DNA from: Oscillospiraceae bacterium
Lineage (GTDB): Bacteria; Bacillota; Clostridia; Oscillospirales; Ruminococcaceae
Reading direction: 5' to 3'
Assembly: GCA_009784825.1 (NCBI GenBank)
Contig: WQXO01000001.1
Location: forward strand, 1,599-65,598
DNA length: 64,000 nucleotides
The first letter of the stretch is position 1. Each line of letters begins with the position of its first letter. Under the pieces are notes generated by a model. The model did not search any database. It was not told the origin of the DNA and was given only the letters and a program-made list of their open reading frames with translations. Positions 6,540 through 17,900 of the stretch are shown piece after piece. A program made the position numbers and the translations under genes.

Positions 6540-8927
6540 ATGAACACCCTTGTCGAAAACTTTCTGAATACATCATTTGAAGAGGTTGCACTTCCTCTGG
6601 AAATATCAACCCGCTTTAATATACTTGAATGCGTCGGAAAGAACGATTTCGGCGAAACTTTCATTTTGTCAGAAAAAAGCACGAAAAACTTATATGTGCT
6701 TAAGTCCCACCCTGATTCAGAAAACCTGACATACAACGAAGCAGAACTGCTTAACGGGCTTAAACACAGGGGGTTGCCGAGCTTCGACAAAACAATCGCA
6801 CACGACGGAACATTATATGTGCTTCGTAAATACATAGGCGGCGAACCGTTAAATGAATACATAACACAAACACACAGTTATGAAAAAGCCATTGATGTAA
6901 TAATAAGCCTGTGTGATATATTGACGTTTTTGCATACACAGCCCGAGCCGATAATTCACCGTGACATAAAACCGTCAAACATAATAATAGACCCCGAAAC
7001 CGATAAAGTTATGCTGATTGATTTCGGCATTTCACGAAAATATTCAGAAACTGCCGAAGCTGATACTTCATATTTTGGGACACACAAATTCGCACCTCCC
7101 GAACAGTATGGCTTTGCCCAGACCGACTGCCGCTCTGACATATATTCCTTGGGAATGGTAATGCGTTATTGGTTAACGGGTTCAGCTGACAGAAAATCAA
7201 TTATCCCGGACAAAAAATTAGAACACATCGCTGTGAAATGCACTGCATTAGCTCCGGAAGACCGTTTCCAAACCGCCTCAGCTTTGCAGAACGCTCTTGT
7301 GAAATATAAAAATCGGATAAACAGAAAAATCCCGAAAAAGCATATTTTTGCAATATCGGCTTGTCTGGGTATTATTGCATTACTGTCAGCGGTGAATATG
7401 CTCGGCAATCAAGAAGACGCTCCCGTTGAAAAGGTTTTACCGCCGCCTAATGAAACTATTGCTTTTTCTGCGGCAGATGATACCGCTGTAATCTACCCCA
7501 CCCCCGACGGCTATAATGACAACGATTATCAAAAGATAATCAAGTTTATGTTACAGGGTGATAATCTTGAAAAAATCAACGAATATAAATTGTTGTTCGG
7601 TTATGAAAAGGAGGCGGTTGACCTTTCTGACCCGCAGACATGGAAGTGGGAGATGAACCCCGAATTATCCCCCGAAATATATGAAGCGATTCCTGCATGG
7701 GACGTTCTGCGAGGCGTTTACTGGGACGACAGCACCCCCAAAAGAATTCGCAAGGTCAGCTTTGAATCGGTGGGTGTGAGCGGTGAGCTTGACTTATCGG
7801 GGTTTATTAATATGACCACGCTGAACATTAACGGCGGGCGAGAGGGGGGCAGCTTTCACCCCGAAGTAAGCAGGGTCAACAGCATACACAGTCTTGATTT
7901 AAGCGGGTGTGTGAACTTAGGTTGGATGGGGATTGCCAACAACAGGATTTCGACACTCGATTTATCGAGTATTACCAGATTAAGTACATTGCATTGTCAC
8001 GGAAACCTGCTTACCGAGCTTGATATATCGGGGCTTCCTTATCTTGAAACGCTGTATTATCATGATAACTTGTTAAACAGGCAATATTACATTACCCCCG
8101 ACGGCTATAACGTAAATGATTATCAGAAATTCGTGACATTTTTATTCCAAGGCGATAATTTAGCGGTGATGATGGAGGTTAATGAGCATTTCGACATTAT
8201 TGACCCGGAAACATGGCACTGGGAAACCGGAAACATGTGGGTCACCCATGATGGCGTGTCAGGCAGTAACTTTAACGGGGTTTTGTGGGGTGATTATGGT
8301 AGTCAACGAAGAATTCGCCGCATTGATTTCTGGTATGACGAGGAACTTAAAACCACCGACAAGCTTTCGGGGGAATTCGACGTTTCGGGATTTTCCGAGC
8401 TTAAAATGCTCTATTTTAATTTTAATCAGATTACGAGTTTTAACCTTACAGGGTGCTTGTCTTTGCATACCTTAAACGTGAATACAAACCTGATTACCGA
8501 AATTGACCTTTCGACAAATATCATGCTGCGTCAATTAGATGTCAGCAGTAACTACCTTACAAGCATTGATATTTCTCATTTAACTGAACTAAGGGAATTT
8601 ATATGCAATCGCAACGAGCTTACAAGTCTTGTTATATCACCGGAAAACAACAGCGGGCTTCTGTTTTTATCGGCGAGCAGGAACAACTTAACCGATATTT
8701 CAATCTTTGAAAACCTGCCTAATCTGTGTTATCTCAGTATATGGAACAATGACATTGACTTGGAAAACAGCGACGTTCAAAAAAGCATTGCCGCTTTACA
8801 GGTGTCGATTGACACTAATATGGCGAACCCACCCGAGAATTATGTTCTGCCCGAATGGTTGTCGGCGGAGTTTATATTCAGACATTCCCCGCAGAACACA
8901 TCGGACATGGAAAATATAACCGCATGA
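6540..8927 (+). CDS. transmembrane Hanks-type Ser/Thr protein kinase with a duplicated leucine-rich-repeat ectodomain
   Basis: HRDIKPSNIII catalytic loop, DFGISR, and APE-like FAPPE. TM helix IFAISACLGIIALLSAVNML. Two similar extracellular modules (TPDGYN.NDYQK..F..QGDNL .. DP.TW.WE .. SGE.D.SGF) are each followed by LRRs (L..LD.S.N.L..L). Confidence 0.85.
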   Translation: MNTLVENFLNTSFEEVALPLEISTRFNILECVGKNDFGETFILSEKSTKNLYVLKSHPDSENLTYNEAELLNGLKHRGLPSFDKTIAHDGTLYVLRKYIGGEPLNEYITQTHSYEKAIDVIISLCDILTFLHTQPEPIIHRDIKPSNIIIDPETDKVMLIDFGISRKYSETAEADTSYFGTHKFAPPEQYGFAQTDCRSDIYSLGMVMRYWLTGSADRKSIIPDKKLEHIAVKCTALAPEDRFQTASALQNALVKYKNRINRKIPKKHIFAISACLGIIALLSAVNMLGNQEDAPVEKVLPPPNETIAFSAADDTAVIYPTPDGYNDNDYQKIIKFMLQGDNLEKINEYKLLFGYEKEAVDLSDPQTWKWEMNPELSPEIYEAIPAWDVLRGVYWDDSTPKRIRKVSFESVGVSGELDLSGFINMTTLNINGGREGGSFHPEVSRVNSIHSLDLSGCVNLGWMGIANNRISTLDLSSITRLSTLHCHGNLLTELDISGLPYLETLYYHDNLLNRQYYITPDGYNVNDYQKFVTFLFQGDNLAVMMEVNEHFDIIDPETWHWETGNMWVTHDGVSGSNFNGVLWGDYGSQRRIRRIDFWYDEELKTTDKLSGEFDVSGFSELKMLYFNFNQITSFNLTGCLSLHTLNVNTNLITEIDLSTNIMLRQLDVSSNYLTSIDISHLTELREFICNRNELTSLVISPENNSGLLFLSASRNNLTDISIFENLPNLCYLSIWNNDIDLENSDVQKSIAALQVSIDTNMANPPENYVLPEWLSAEFIFRHSPQNTSDMENITA

Positions 8928-9036
8928 AATAATTTCATAGTGTCAGCAAGTTGCATACCTTTTTCTGTATTAAATAGTTTATAATGACTTTGTGTCCCTT
9001 GTAAGCTTTCTAATACAAAACGGAGGAAAACACTAA

Positions 9037-12000
9037 ATGAAATTACGAAAAAAGTTATTATCAATAATATTAACGGTTGCAATGGTGTTTTCATTCTTGC
9101 CGCCGACAACTGTCATTGCTGAAAACGGCAGTGATTTTTTCATACAAAGTATCGGTAAGCCTAATCTGACAATGGGAACGGATTGGCAGAACCCATTAGC
9201 ACCACCCTTTTATCCTGCACACTGGAATGTTAACCCGGATGGAGCGGCTACATATCTTGTAATCGAAACCAACGCAAGACCGGAAAATTTATGGGGGTTC
9301 GGCGGAACCCGACTTGTTCTTCAAGGGGACGCCGACAACTGGCAAAGCTTCACAGATGAACTCATTACCGGTCACTGGACAGGGGATACAGACATAACTA
9401 AAAAAACGTTTTTCATTATAGATTTAACAAAATTAGCCAATTACAGCAATTTTGCGGCAAGCGATACTATTAATATTATCTTCACAAATATGGCAGAGCA
9501 GATTTTTTATGGTGCGAACATAGAAAATGCTTGGCTGACTAATATAGCTTTTGATACAAGCAAATTCACACCGGCAAGCACCGACGCCGGCAGCGACCCT
9601 CCTGCCGTTGCGGGAGCGGTGTTCTTCTCACAGAATTTCGACTGGGTTGATTATACAAACCCCATTGTACCCCCCTCCGAAATTGGCGGTTTTACAACCG
9701 GTTGGGGTATGATGGAAAAGCTTGGCATGGGCATAAACATCGGTAATACTCTTGACGCACGTCCGTGGGGTTGCAACCCCGCTAACAATGACACAAATGC
9801 TTGCAATAACAAGCCCTGTTCTACCCCTTGCCCACCGAGCGTGTGGAATTGGTTATTGCAAGACCATATGGAATCAGAAATTACATGGAGTAATCCGAGA
9901 ATAGAGAAGTGGCACTTTGAAGCCTTTGCCGAAAAAGGCTTAGACCATGTGCGTATTCCCATAACGTGGGAGCTGCATATGGACGAAAACAGAAACATAA
10001 ATCAAGACTGGATGGACAGGGTTCAAGAGGTTGTAGACTGGGCTTTAGAAGCGGGCTTGATTGTAATTATTAACACCCACCACGAACGCAGTACCCCTCA
10101 GAGTTTATATGACATGTCCTCTCACAGCTTTGAGGATGCGAGAGATTGGCTCATTGATGTATGGGAACAAATCGCAGATGTGTTCAAGGATTATGACACT
10201 GAAACATTACTCTTTGAGCCGATGAACGAGCCTTATCCGAGGGCGACGCATGGTTGGTTTTGGGATTATAATGTTTTTGCGGCAGAAATCCCTGCTTATG
10301 CTGAACGTATAAATCAACTGAACGCAGTTGCACTTGAAACCATTCGTAACAGCGGCGGGAATAACGACAAACGCGTAGTTATCGGGACAGTTCCGCAGGC
10401 GAACGCACATATGCTGAATTTCTATGAGAAACCGGCAGACCCGTTCACGATGGTTGGTATTTTCTTCTATGAGGGAGACAGCTTGGGTAATATACCGCCC
10501 GCATTATATAAAGGTATACCTATTTATGTAAAAGAAATTGCCCCCCTTATAGATTTAAGCGGCACCTCGGGAGAAACCATGGGTATCGGTGACATGGTTT
10601 CGTGGACGGAGTTGTATTTCGGTTATTTCGCTAATCTCGGTATTCCTACTGCATGGTGGAATATTTCGGCAACAGACGAGGGTTGGCAGTTAGTCGATAT
10701 GAGGACAAACGTCTGGAACACACCGCTTGTCAACGCTTTCTTTGCGGCTTATAACAGAACACCGGGAACAGATTTTGTGCCGCACCGTTATAGAATGGAC
10801 TGGAATCACACTCAAGGTCTTGAAATCGGGCAGAACGCACATAACGGTGTATCACTTACTAAAGGTGTCTTTATAGACAGCAATACTAACAATGGTCATC
10901 ATTATAACCCTTTCGGAATTGATTTCACAAAAATAGATAAAATTAGGTTTACTGTCGATATTCCTAATGCACAGGCGATTGCAGATGCAGAGATTCAATT
11001 TATAATTAACTCGAATATAACAGGCTGGCAACAAGCAGAAGTAACCATTGCAGAGCTTATCGCAAACGATAATGTGTTTGTAATGACACCCAACGCCCCT
11101 TTCACCTTTGACGAAAGCTATATTGAGCTTCTTGCGACAACATATTGGGGGGTTGAGGGCTGGTTCTCGGTGGAACTGCTTGATATAAGCGGAAATGTTA
11201 TCCCGTTATCGCTGAAAGTCCCCCTGCCGCTTCCTATGACTGATAATGAAGCACCCGATTTTCGGGGCTGGAACGCATTCAGTGACGATTATCTGATTGA
11301 TGAATACTTCAAAAAAGCGAAATATCTTGTGCTTGAACTCGAAAACAGCTTCACAGTCCCGACAGAAAATGTCGGAATGTCGTTTATATGGCAGAGTGAA
11401 GACGACGGTTGGCTATGGAATGATAATCAATCCGACTTAGGTGATGTTTATAATTCCGGTGCGTACTGTGCTGTTACTCATACATTGCGTTTTGAACTGC
11501 CGGAGGTATTAGAACGCTATAACGTGTTCCAAAACATGAGCGGCGTTAAAATCATTATGGGGTATTGGGATGGCGGTAGTAATATAGCCGGTTTTGAAAG
11601 TAATATCAAGTCCGCTTATTTTGAAATGCACCCCGAGGGCGGCAGTGGCAAAACTCCCGAATTACCGAAAGTAAACAGCATCATAATTACACCACAGGAT
11701 TTAGAGGACTTCGCTACAGACCCGGTTACCTCTCGTTTCCTGCAACAATCGGGCAATCCGGCATTGTCATATTCGACAAACGGGCTGAGGGTTTCCTCAA
11801 GAGCCAATACATGGGACGCTGTTGACCTAAGAATAGGTGAACTCGCAAACGGGCGTTATACCATGATTGTGGAATTTGAGTATATTTACGGTATGGAAAA
11901 CGAACCTTTCCTCCTCAGTAACCCGGATTCTCCGCATACATTGTTACGTTCGTCTTGGAACACCACAATGTATTTTGACTTTGATATTATATCAGAAAAC

Positions 12001-14910
12001 GGCGAAACCTTAGCCGATGTGTGGGATGTACACGGAAATCAAAGCAGGCAGAACCGACTTCGCATATCCGCAGACGGTTTACAGGAGTATACTATTAAGA
12101 GTATACAGGTAATCCCGTTTAAGACTAATTTTGTTGATGTACAAAACTGGGAATTCCAGAATTTAGCAGCCTGGGGCGGCACTATACATTTGTCGCAATC
12201 GGGTGATGCAATATATACCGCAGTTAATGACGGAAACGGCGGTATACAAATTACCGATTCAGATGACCATTGGGCAGGGGTTAATTTCAAGGCAGAAGCA
12301 CTGTGGCCCGGTAATTATGTTATGGAGGTTGAGTTTGCCGCCGCACAAGACGAGGTATTCGTATTAGGACTTGCAAACGAACCTTGGTGGTGGCTCGCCG
12401 CTTCGGAAAACCCGACGAAATCCGAAACTTTGGAATGTAGATTTACTATTATTGACGATAACGGAACAAGCCGTATATTAGCGTCACAGTGGAACGACGA
12501 TACAAAGCAAATGGATACCTCTGTCCAAGACATGTTTAATATACATACAGGCGGCGGTGTAATTGGTTTATCGGGTTATACCATCGTAAGCATAAAGGTC
12601 TACCTTGATAAGACAAACCATATTGAAGTGAGTCAAGACGACTTCGAGGCTGTTGCAAATGGGGCGTGGGATTCCGGCAATATTGCGAGAACCGGCGGAG
12701 CGACGTATGTTTACGATGACGGAATAAAGGTTACGGGGAGAACAGGTAACTGGCAGGGCGTTGACCTGATAATGGATTATCTGACACCCGGATATTACAG
12801 CATTGAAATAGAATTTGAAGCTGAAGACGGTGTAGTTTTCGAGCTTGCGAATTCCACACAACCATATGGTGCGTTACAGTCTACCACGGACAATACGCTG
12901 CACTACGCTTTCCATGTAGATGAGGTGAACGGTTTCAGCTATGCATCGGTAAGTCTTTTACCGCCCGCTGACCACTGGAGCTATCAGGAAAGACTGCGTA
13001 TACAAACCGCATACCTTGGTGACGGTGTTAATGTATACCCTGACTTCACTATTAAGAGTATAAAGGTTTACCCGTTTAAGACTGCTCACATTAACAGCGA
13101 ATGGGTTCCGCATGAATTCATCGACTTAGCTAATGGTAGTGAAGACACGTTCTTCTTTAGAAAATCCGGTAATCCGACATATACTGCGGTTAATGGAGGA
13201 AACGGCGGTATAACCGTTTCCGAAAGAAAAGGCAACTATTACGGCGTTGACTTAAAGGTGGATTCACTGTGGCCCGGCGAATATATCTTAGAAGTGGAGT
13301 TTGCTTCCGCTGTTGACACCAAGTTCTTAATCAGCGAGATTGAAGAACCTTGGAGGGGACTTGCAATGTCACAAAACCCGACAAGGTCTGAAACACTCAC
13401 CTATAACTTGGTTATTGTAAATGACAATGGTGTCAGCAAGGCACTCATTCACGGAACACATCAAGACTCAATTCGCTTTCAAACCGAGTGGATAGATGGT
13501 CTTGTTAATTACAATGATTTCACAATAGTCAGCATAAAGGTTTACCCCGACGAATCCGACGATGAACCGATAATTCACAGCTTCGCCAACGGCAACCATG
13601 TTTGGAACGAGGGTCAAGTAAATGAGCAGGTAGTTCATGATGTATCACCGTGGCGTTACTGCACCGACCCGAGTTTGGTGTATGGCATAGAGGTGGAATT
13701 CGCAGTGACCGGCGGTACGAATTTCATAGGCGGTTTCTTCGACAAGAGCGGTATGTTATACGAGTTCAGCTTGGACGATACCGGCGGGAAACCCGTTTAC
13801 GGTGACGGAACTAAGGTAACATTTACGTTTGCTGCACCAATGGAGGAGGATAACTGGTATACATTAGTGCCTTACTGGATTCCCATAGATGGTACTGTTT
13901 CGATTGTAAGTGTCACGCTCTTAGACAACAGCGGTCAGACCGTCGCAAAAACACACCACGACTTCAGTGATTGGGGGAGTGACACTGCAACCTGTACCGC
14001 TCCCGGAACGCAGTCACGAGTTTGTTCAAAGTGTTCCGACGTTGATACGCAGACTACAAGTGCGTTGGGGCATAACTACGTTTCTAACTCAAACGGAACA
14101 CACAGTTGTTCACGCGGCGATGTAACCGGTGAAGCTTGCTCGCCTAACGGGTATAGTGATGTATGCGGCAAATGCGGTTATATGACGCCCGCAGACCCGA
14201 GTGTACCGCAGTTCACGATAACGAATACAAAGGCTACAACGGGCAAAGAGTTCACAGTTGAAATAGGGATTATAAATAATCCGGGTATTGTCGGGCTTAA
14301 TGCAATACTTGCTTTTGACACAGATAATCTTGAATTAATATCTGTAAATCACGATTTGGGTGGTTTTGGCATTCCCGGATTTCCTTTAGCCCCGCTTGCT
14401 TCCGGTATGAATATCGTTTGGAATGATTTCACTATTGATGAAAACATCACCTTTAACGGCACAATAGCAAGATTAACATTCATTGCTAAAAACGAAGGAA
14501 ATGCTTGGATTACGGTCACTTGTCATGAAAGCTTGGATGAAGATTTTATACCGGTTAGTTTTGCTTCTGCCACAAAAACTATTAGTATTTCCTCTGTATT
14601 AGTTGGTCATGTCGCCGGAAATGCCAATATAGGTTTAGCGGATTCAATGTTGCTCAGTAGATATATAGCGGGCTGGTATGAATTTGACGATATGAATAAT
14701 GTTTGGCGGCAAAAAAGCAACGGAAATATTGTAAATCTTAATTTGCCGAACGCATATATCGCCGGAAACACTACTATAGGTTTGGCGGATTCAATGCTGC
14801 TCAGTAGATATATAGCAGGTTGGTATGAATATGACTATATAGCAGGCACATGGAGGCAAAAGAGTAACGGTAATGCCGTAAATCTTCAAATCGCACCGCC
14901 GCCGCAATAA
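9037..14910 (+). CDS. giant secreted GH5-family glycoside hydrolase with four tandem CBM-like modules, a Cys-rich segment, a cohesin domain and a C-terminal degenerate dockerin-like duplication
   Basis: Signal peptide. GH5 hallmarks IRIPITWE, IINTHHE and FEPMNEP. Four ~150-aa repeats each end in ..(Y/F)TI(K/V)SI(Q/K)V(I/Y)P... Cohesin-like KEFTVEIGIINNPGIVGLNAILAFDTDNLELISV at about 14210-14600. Two near-identical segments (N/T)IGLADSMLLSRYIAGWYE lie at about 14630-14680 and 14775-14830. Confidence 0.85.
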   Translation: MKLRKKLLSIILTVAMVFSFLPPTTVIAENGSDFFIQSIGKPNLTMGTDWQNPLAPPFYPAHWNVNPDGAATYLVIETNARPENLWGFGGTRLVLQGDADNWQSFTDELITGHWTGDTDITKKTFFIIDLTKLANYSNFAASDTINIIFTNMAEQIFYGANIENAWLTNIAFDTSKFTPASTDAGSDPPAVAGAVFFSQNFDWVDYTNPIVPPSEIGGFTTGWGMMEKLGMGINIGNTLDARPWGCNPANNDTNACNNKPCSTPCPPSVWNWLLQDHMESEITWSNPRIEKWHFEAFAEKGLDHVRIPITWELHMDENRNINQDWMDRVQEVVDWALEAGLIVIINTHHERSTPQSLYDMSSHSFEDARDWLIDVWEQIADVFKDYDTETLLFEPMNEPYPRATHGWFWDYNVFAAEIPAYAERINQLNAVALETIRNSGGNNDKRVVIGTVPQANAHMLNFYEKPADPFTMVGIFFYEGDSLGNIPPALYKGIPIYVKEIAPLIDLSGTSGETMGIGDMVSWTELYFGYFANLGIPTAWWNISATDEGWQLVDMRTNVWNTPLVNAFFAAYNRTPGTDFVPHRYRMDWNHTQGLEIGQNAHNGVSLTKGVFIDSNTNNGHHYNPFGIDFTKIDKIRFTVDIPNAQAIADAEIQFIINSNITGWQQAEVTIAELIANDNVFVMTPNAPFTFDESYIELLATTYWGVEGWFSVELLDISGNVIPLSLKVPLPLPMTDNEAPDFRGWNAFSDDYLIDEYFKKAKYLVLELENSFTVPTENVGMSFIWQSEDDGWLWNDNQSDLGDVYNSGAYCAVTHTLRFELPEVLERYNVFQNMSGVKIIMGYWDGGSNIAGFESNIKSAYFEMHPEGGSGKTPELPKVNSIIITPQDLEDFATDPVTSRFLQQSGNPALSYSTNGLRVSSRANTWDAVDLRIGELANGRYTMIVEFEYIYGMENEPFLLSNPDSPHTLLRSSWNTTMYFDFDIISENGETLADVWDVHGNQSRQNRLRISADGLQEYTIKSIQVIPFKTNFVDVQNWEFQNLAAWGGTIHLSQSGDAIYTAVNDGNGGIQITDSDDHWAGVNFKAEALWPGNYVMEVEFAAAQDEVFVLGLANEPWWWLAASENPTKSETLECRFTIIDDNGTSRILASQWNDDTKQMDTSVQDMFNIHTGGGVIGLSGYTIVSIKVYLDKTNHIEVSQDDFEAVANGAWDSGNIARTGGATYVYDDGIKVTGRTGNWQGVDLIMDYLTPGYYSIEIEFEAEDGVVFELANSTQPYGALQSTTDNTLHYAFHVDEVNGFSYASVSLLPPADHWSYQERLRIQTAYLGDGVNVYPDFTIKSIKVYPFKTAHINSEWVPHEFIDLANGSEDTFFFRKSGNPTYTAVNGGNGGITVSERKGNYYGVDLKVDSLWPGEYILEVEFASAVDTKFLISEIEEPWRGLAMSQNPTRSETLTYNLVIVNDNGVSKALIHGTHQDSIRFQTEWIDGLVNYNDFTIVSIKVYPDESDDEPIIHSFANGNHVWNEGQVNEQVVHDVSPWRYCTDPSLVYGIEVEFAVTGGTNFIGGFFDKSGMLYEFSLDDTGGKPVYGDGTKVTFTFAAPMEEDNWYTLVPYWIPIDGTVSIVSVTLLDNSGQTVAKTHHDFSDWGSDTATCTAPGTQSRVCSKCSDVDTQTTSALGHNYVSNSNGTHSCSRGDVTGEACSPNGYSDVCGKCGYMTPADPSVPQFTITNTKATTGKEFTVEIGIINNPGIVGLNAILAFDTDNLELISVNHDLGGFGIPGFPLAPLASGMNIVWNDFTIDENITFNGTIARLTFIAKNEGNAWITVTCHESLDEDFIPVSFASATKTISISSVLVGHVAGNANIGLADSMLLSRYIAGWYEFDDMNNVWRQKSNGNIVNLNLPNAYIAGNTTIGLADSMLLSRYIAGWYEYDYIAGTWRQKSNGNAVNLQIAPPPQ

Positions 14911-14976
14911 AAACACTATGTAAAAGCGTAAGCTTTTTTATAGAAAATATTAAAAATTTTTACCGAGGTGATATTT

Positions 14977-17900
14977 ATGAAAAATAAGATTATATGTATG
15001 ATGCTTTCGATTTCGATATTAGTTGGAACTGCTTTAATCGGAACGACAGTATTTGCGAGCGATGGGGGGGCATTTGCTCTTACCACACCAACAGCTGTAA
15101 TGGGTTCAAGTTTCACAATTGATATTGAACTTGAAAGCAATCCCGGCATTACCACATTTAAGGTAATACTTGCTTATGATGCAGATAAGCTTACACTAAC
15201 AGCTTTAAATCATAATTTGGGTAATTTGGGTATCACCGGAACTCCTTTAGCCCCGCTTGCTTCCGGTATGCCTATCGTGTGGCAAGACTTCACGATTGAA
15301 GATAATATCACCTTTACCGGTGCGGTAGCAAGATTAACATTCACTCCAAAAGAAGCGGGAGACGCTTGGGTTACAGTTACTCTCGATGAAGCCTTGGATG
15401 AAGATTTTTCACAAGTTACTTTTACTACAGGGAGAGTAGATTTCACCGTCACTTGTGCAACTTGTGCATGGGACAACGACTGTACTGTCTGTGACACATG
15501 CGGTGGTGAAATGAACGACGGCGAACATGGCAACGCCAACCTTTCAACCAGAACAAACTGTACAACAACTGCAACATGCCCAAGAGAGGGATGTACACAA
15601 GTTGCGTTGAACGGTGCGGCACTTTCGCATACAACACCTCCCGCACAACGTGTAGACTGTACAGCAGCGTTGACTTGTGCAAACACGGGTTGTACAGCGG
15701 AAATTCAAGCTGCGACAACTCATGCTTCGACAGCCGGTGATTGCAACGTATGCAGTAACTGTGAAACTGCTCCAAACACAGGGCATGTCTTTACTGCTGA
15801 TATGCAACCTAAGGGGGGGACACAGCATGATTTCAAATGTACTCGTTGTAATACACGAGGTGGTGAAGTAAACTGTACATTTACAGCAGATGTAACTTCA
15901 ACAGGCAGTTCACAACACAATTTTAAATGTACTGTTTGTGCTAACAGAGGCGGTGACCAAGACCACGCATATGCACCGGAGAATTGTATGATTTGTACGG
16001 TGTGCGGTGATGATGAGCCCTCTGCTTGCGAACAAGGGACTCAAAAGCCTTATTGTGCAGCTTGTATAGCGGCATGTCTTGCTGACGGAGGTCACAATCA
16101 AACTAAAACCACCAATTGCACGGTATGCGAGAATTGCGGTGCAACGGGATTAGACAGATTAGCCGCATGTACGGGTAATGAAGCAGATGCTTGCCCGTTC
16201 CACAGATGCAACCACAACAACGCACAATGTTCCGGTGTTTCCGCTACTGACTGCACAGTGTTTACCTGCGGTGCAAGTACCGGGGCAACCCATGCAAACG
16301 CAACAGGTATGTCGGGGCGGACTAACTGTACAGCAGATGTAATCTGCTCAAACACTGCCGGATGTACCTATAAAGTATACGAAGGTGCTGCTTCTCACGG
16401 AACAGGAACGAGAGCGGGCAATCTTTGCTCAGCCGCATTGATTTGTGATAGCGAAACATGGTGTACACATCAAATAGACGGTGCTAACGCAAACCACTTA
16501 GCGAGTGCACGCACAAACTGTGTTACAGGTGGTGCTGTTACTTGTACACGTGCCGGATGTGTTCATACGATTGACGCACAGCAAGCCGCACACAGCAAAA
16601 CAGGACGTACTAATTGTACAGTAGCGTTCACTTGTGCGAACCAGTGGTGTACATTCAGCATTGCAGGGGAAGCTTCTCACGACGCAACAGGACGGACAGA
16701 CTGTACAGCGGCATTTACATGTGCAGATGATAATTGCACAACATCGATTTCCGGAAATGCTTCTCACAATGCAACCGGACGGACGAATTGTGCAACAGCA
16801 TATGCTTGTCAAAATGCTAACTGTGGTTATTCATTCGCTGCAGGAACACACACCCCCGGAACAGACCCCGACAACTGTGCTTTAGCAATTCCCTGTGCAG
16901 TAGCGGCTTGTACCGAAAACTACAGAGCGGCAGGCGGCTCACACAGCTTTGGAGGTGCGTGGACAGTTGTTACACCGGCTTCATGTGCAACAACCGGAAC
17001 ACGTACACAGAGGTGCTTGGATTGTTCTGCAGGTGTTAGCCCCGCAGATACTATTCCCGTATTGGGTCATGCATGGGTATCCAACGGCGACGGCACACAT
17101 GACTGTAAGACGGTAGGCGGTTGCGAAGAATTAGATGAAGCATGTAATGAGGACGGTGCAAACGATTCTTGCGACAAGTGCGGATATAAAGAACCCGACC
17201 CGGCTTGTTCGTGTGACAATACAACTACAACTGCAAGCCCCGCCGCAACTTGTACAGCGGCAGGTGCAAATGTTGAAACTTGTGATGATTGCGGAGGAAC
17301 GGTAAGCGTAACGACTATCCCCATGCTCAGCCATGACTGGGATAAGACGGCAACACCCGACCCTGAACCGACATGTGAAGACGATGGTTTCAGAGCAATA
17401 GCATGTACATTATGCTCAGCCACAGATGTAGAAACTGTTTCAGCACTCGGTCACAGCTTTGCCGGAGCATGGACAGTAAGAACACCTGCAACCACATCGG
17501 CGGCAGGCTTAGAGTTCAGAGTTTGTACAAGAGATAATTGCGACGAAGAGCAAACACAAGCCGTTCCGCAATTACCCGGCACAACCACACCTACCGACCC
17601 CGGAACAACCACTCCTACTACGCCGACCACTCCCACCACTCCCACAACTCCATCTGACCCGGGTAATGTGGTTATGGACGATGATGTGATTGAGGATAAG
17701 ATAATTCTTGAAATTCTCAAGAGCGATGAACCGGTTATCGACCTTTCAAAGGTTGACGGCTCGGTGATTTCCGAGGATATGTTACAGGCGATTAAAGAAA
17801 ATGGCGTGGACGTTGAGGTAGTTCTCGAAAACGGCTTCAGCTTTACGATTGTGGCTGATTCGATTACCGCTAATGCGGCTGCGTTTGACCTGAACATCGA

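Noticed and set aside
15210-17897. Numerous 60-160-aa ORFs on the minus strand and in alternative frames inside the Cys-rich cohesin gene (e.g. 15210..15686, 16498..16812, 17067..17423, 17451..17897).
   Set aside because: They lie wholly within a long, well-supported plus-strand CDS with repetitive ACn/TGy-rich composition. They have no SD sites and translate to low-complexity sequence. These are composition artefacts.
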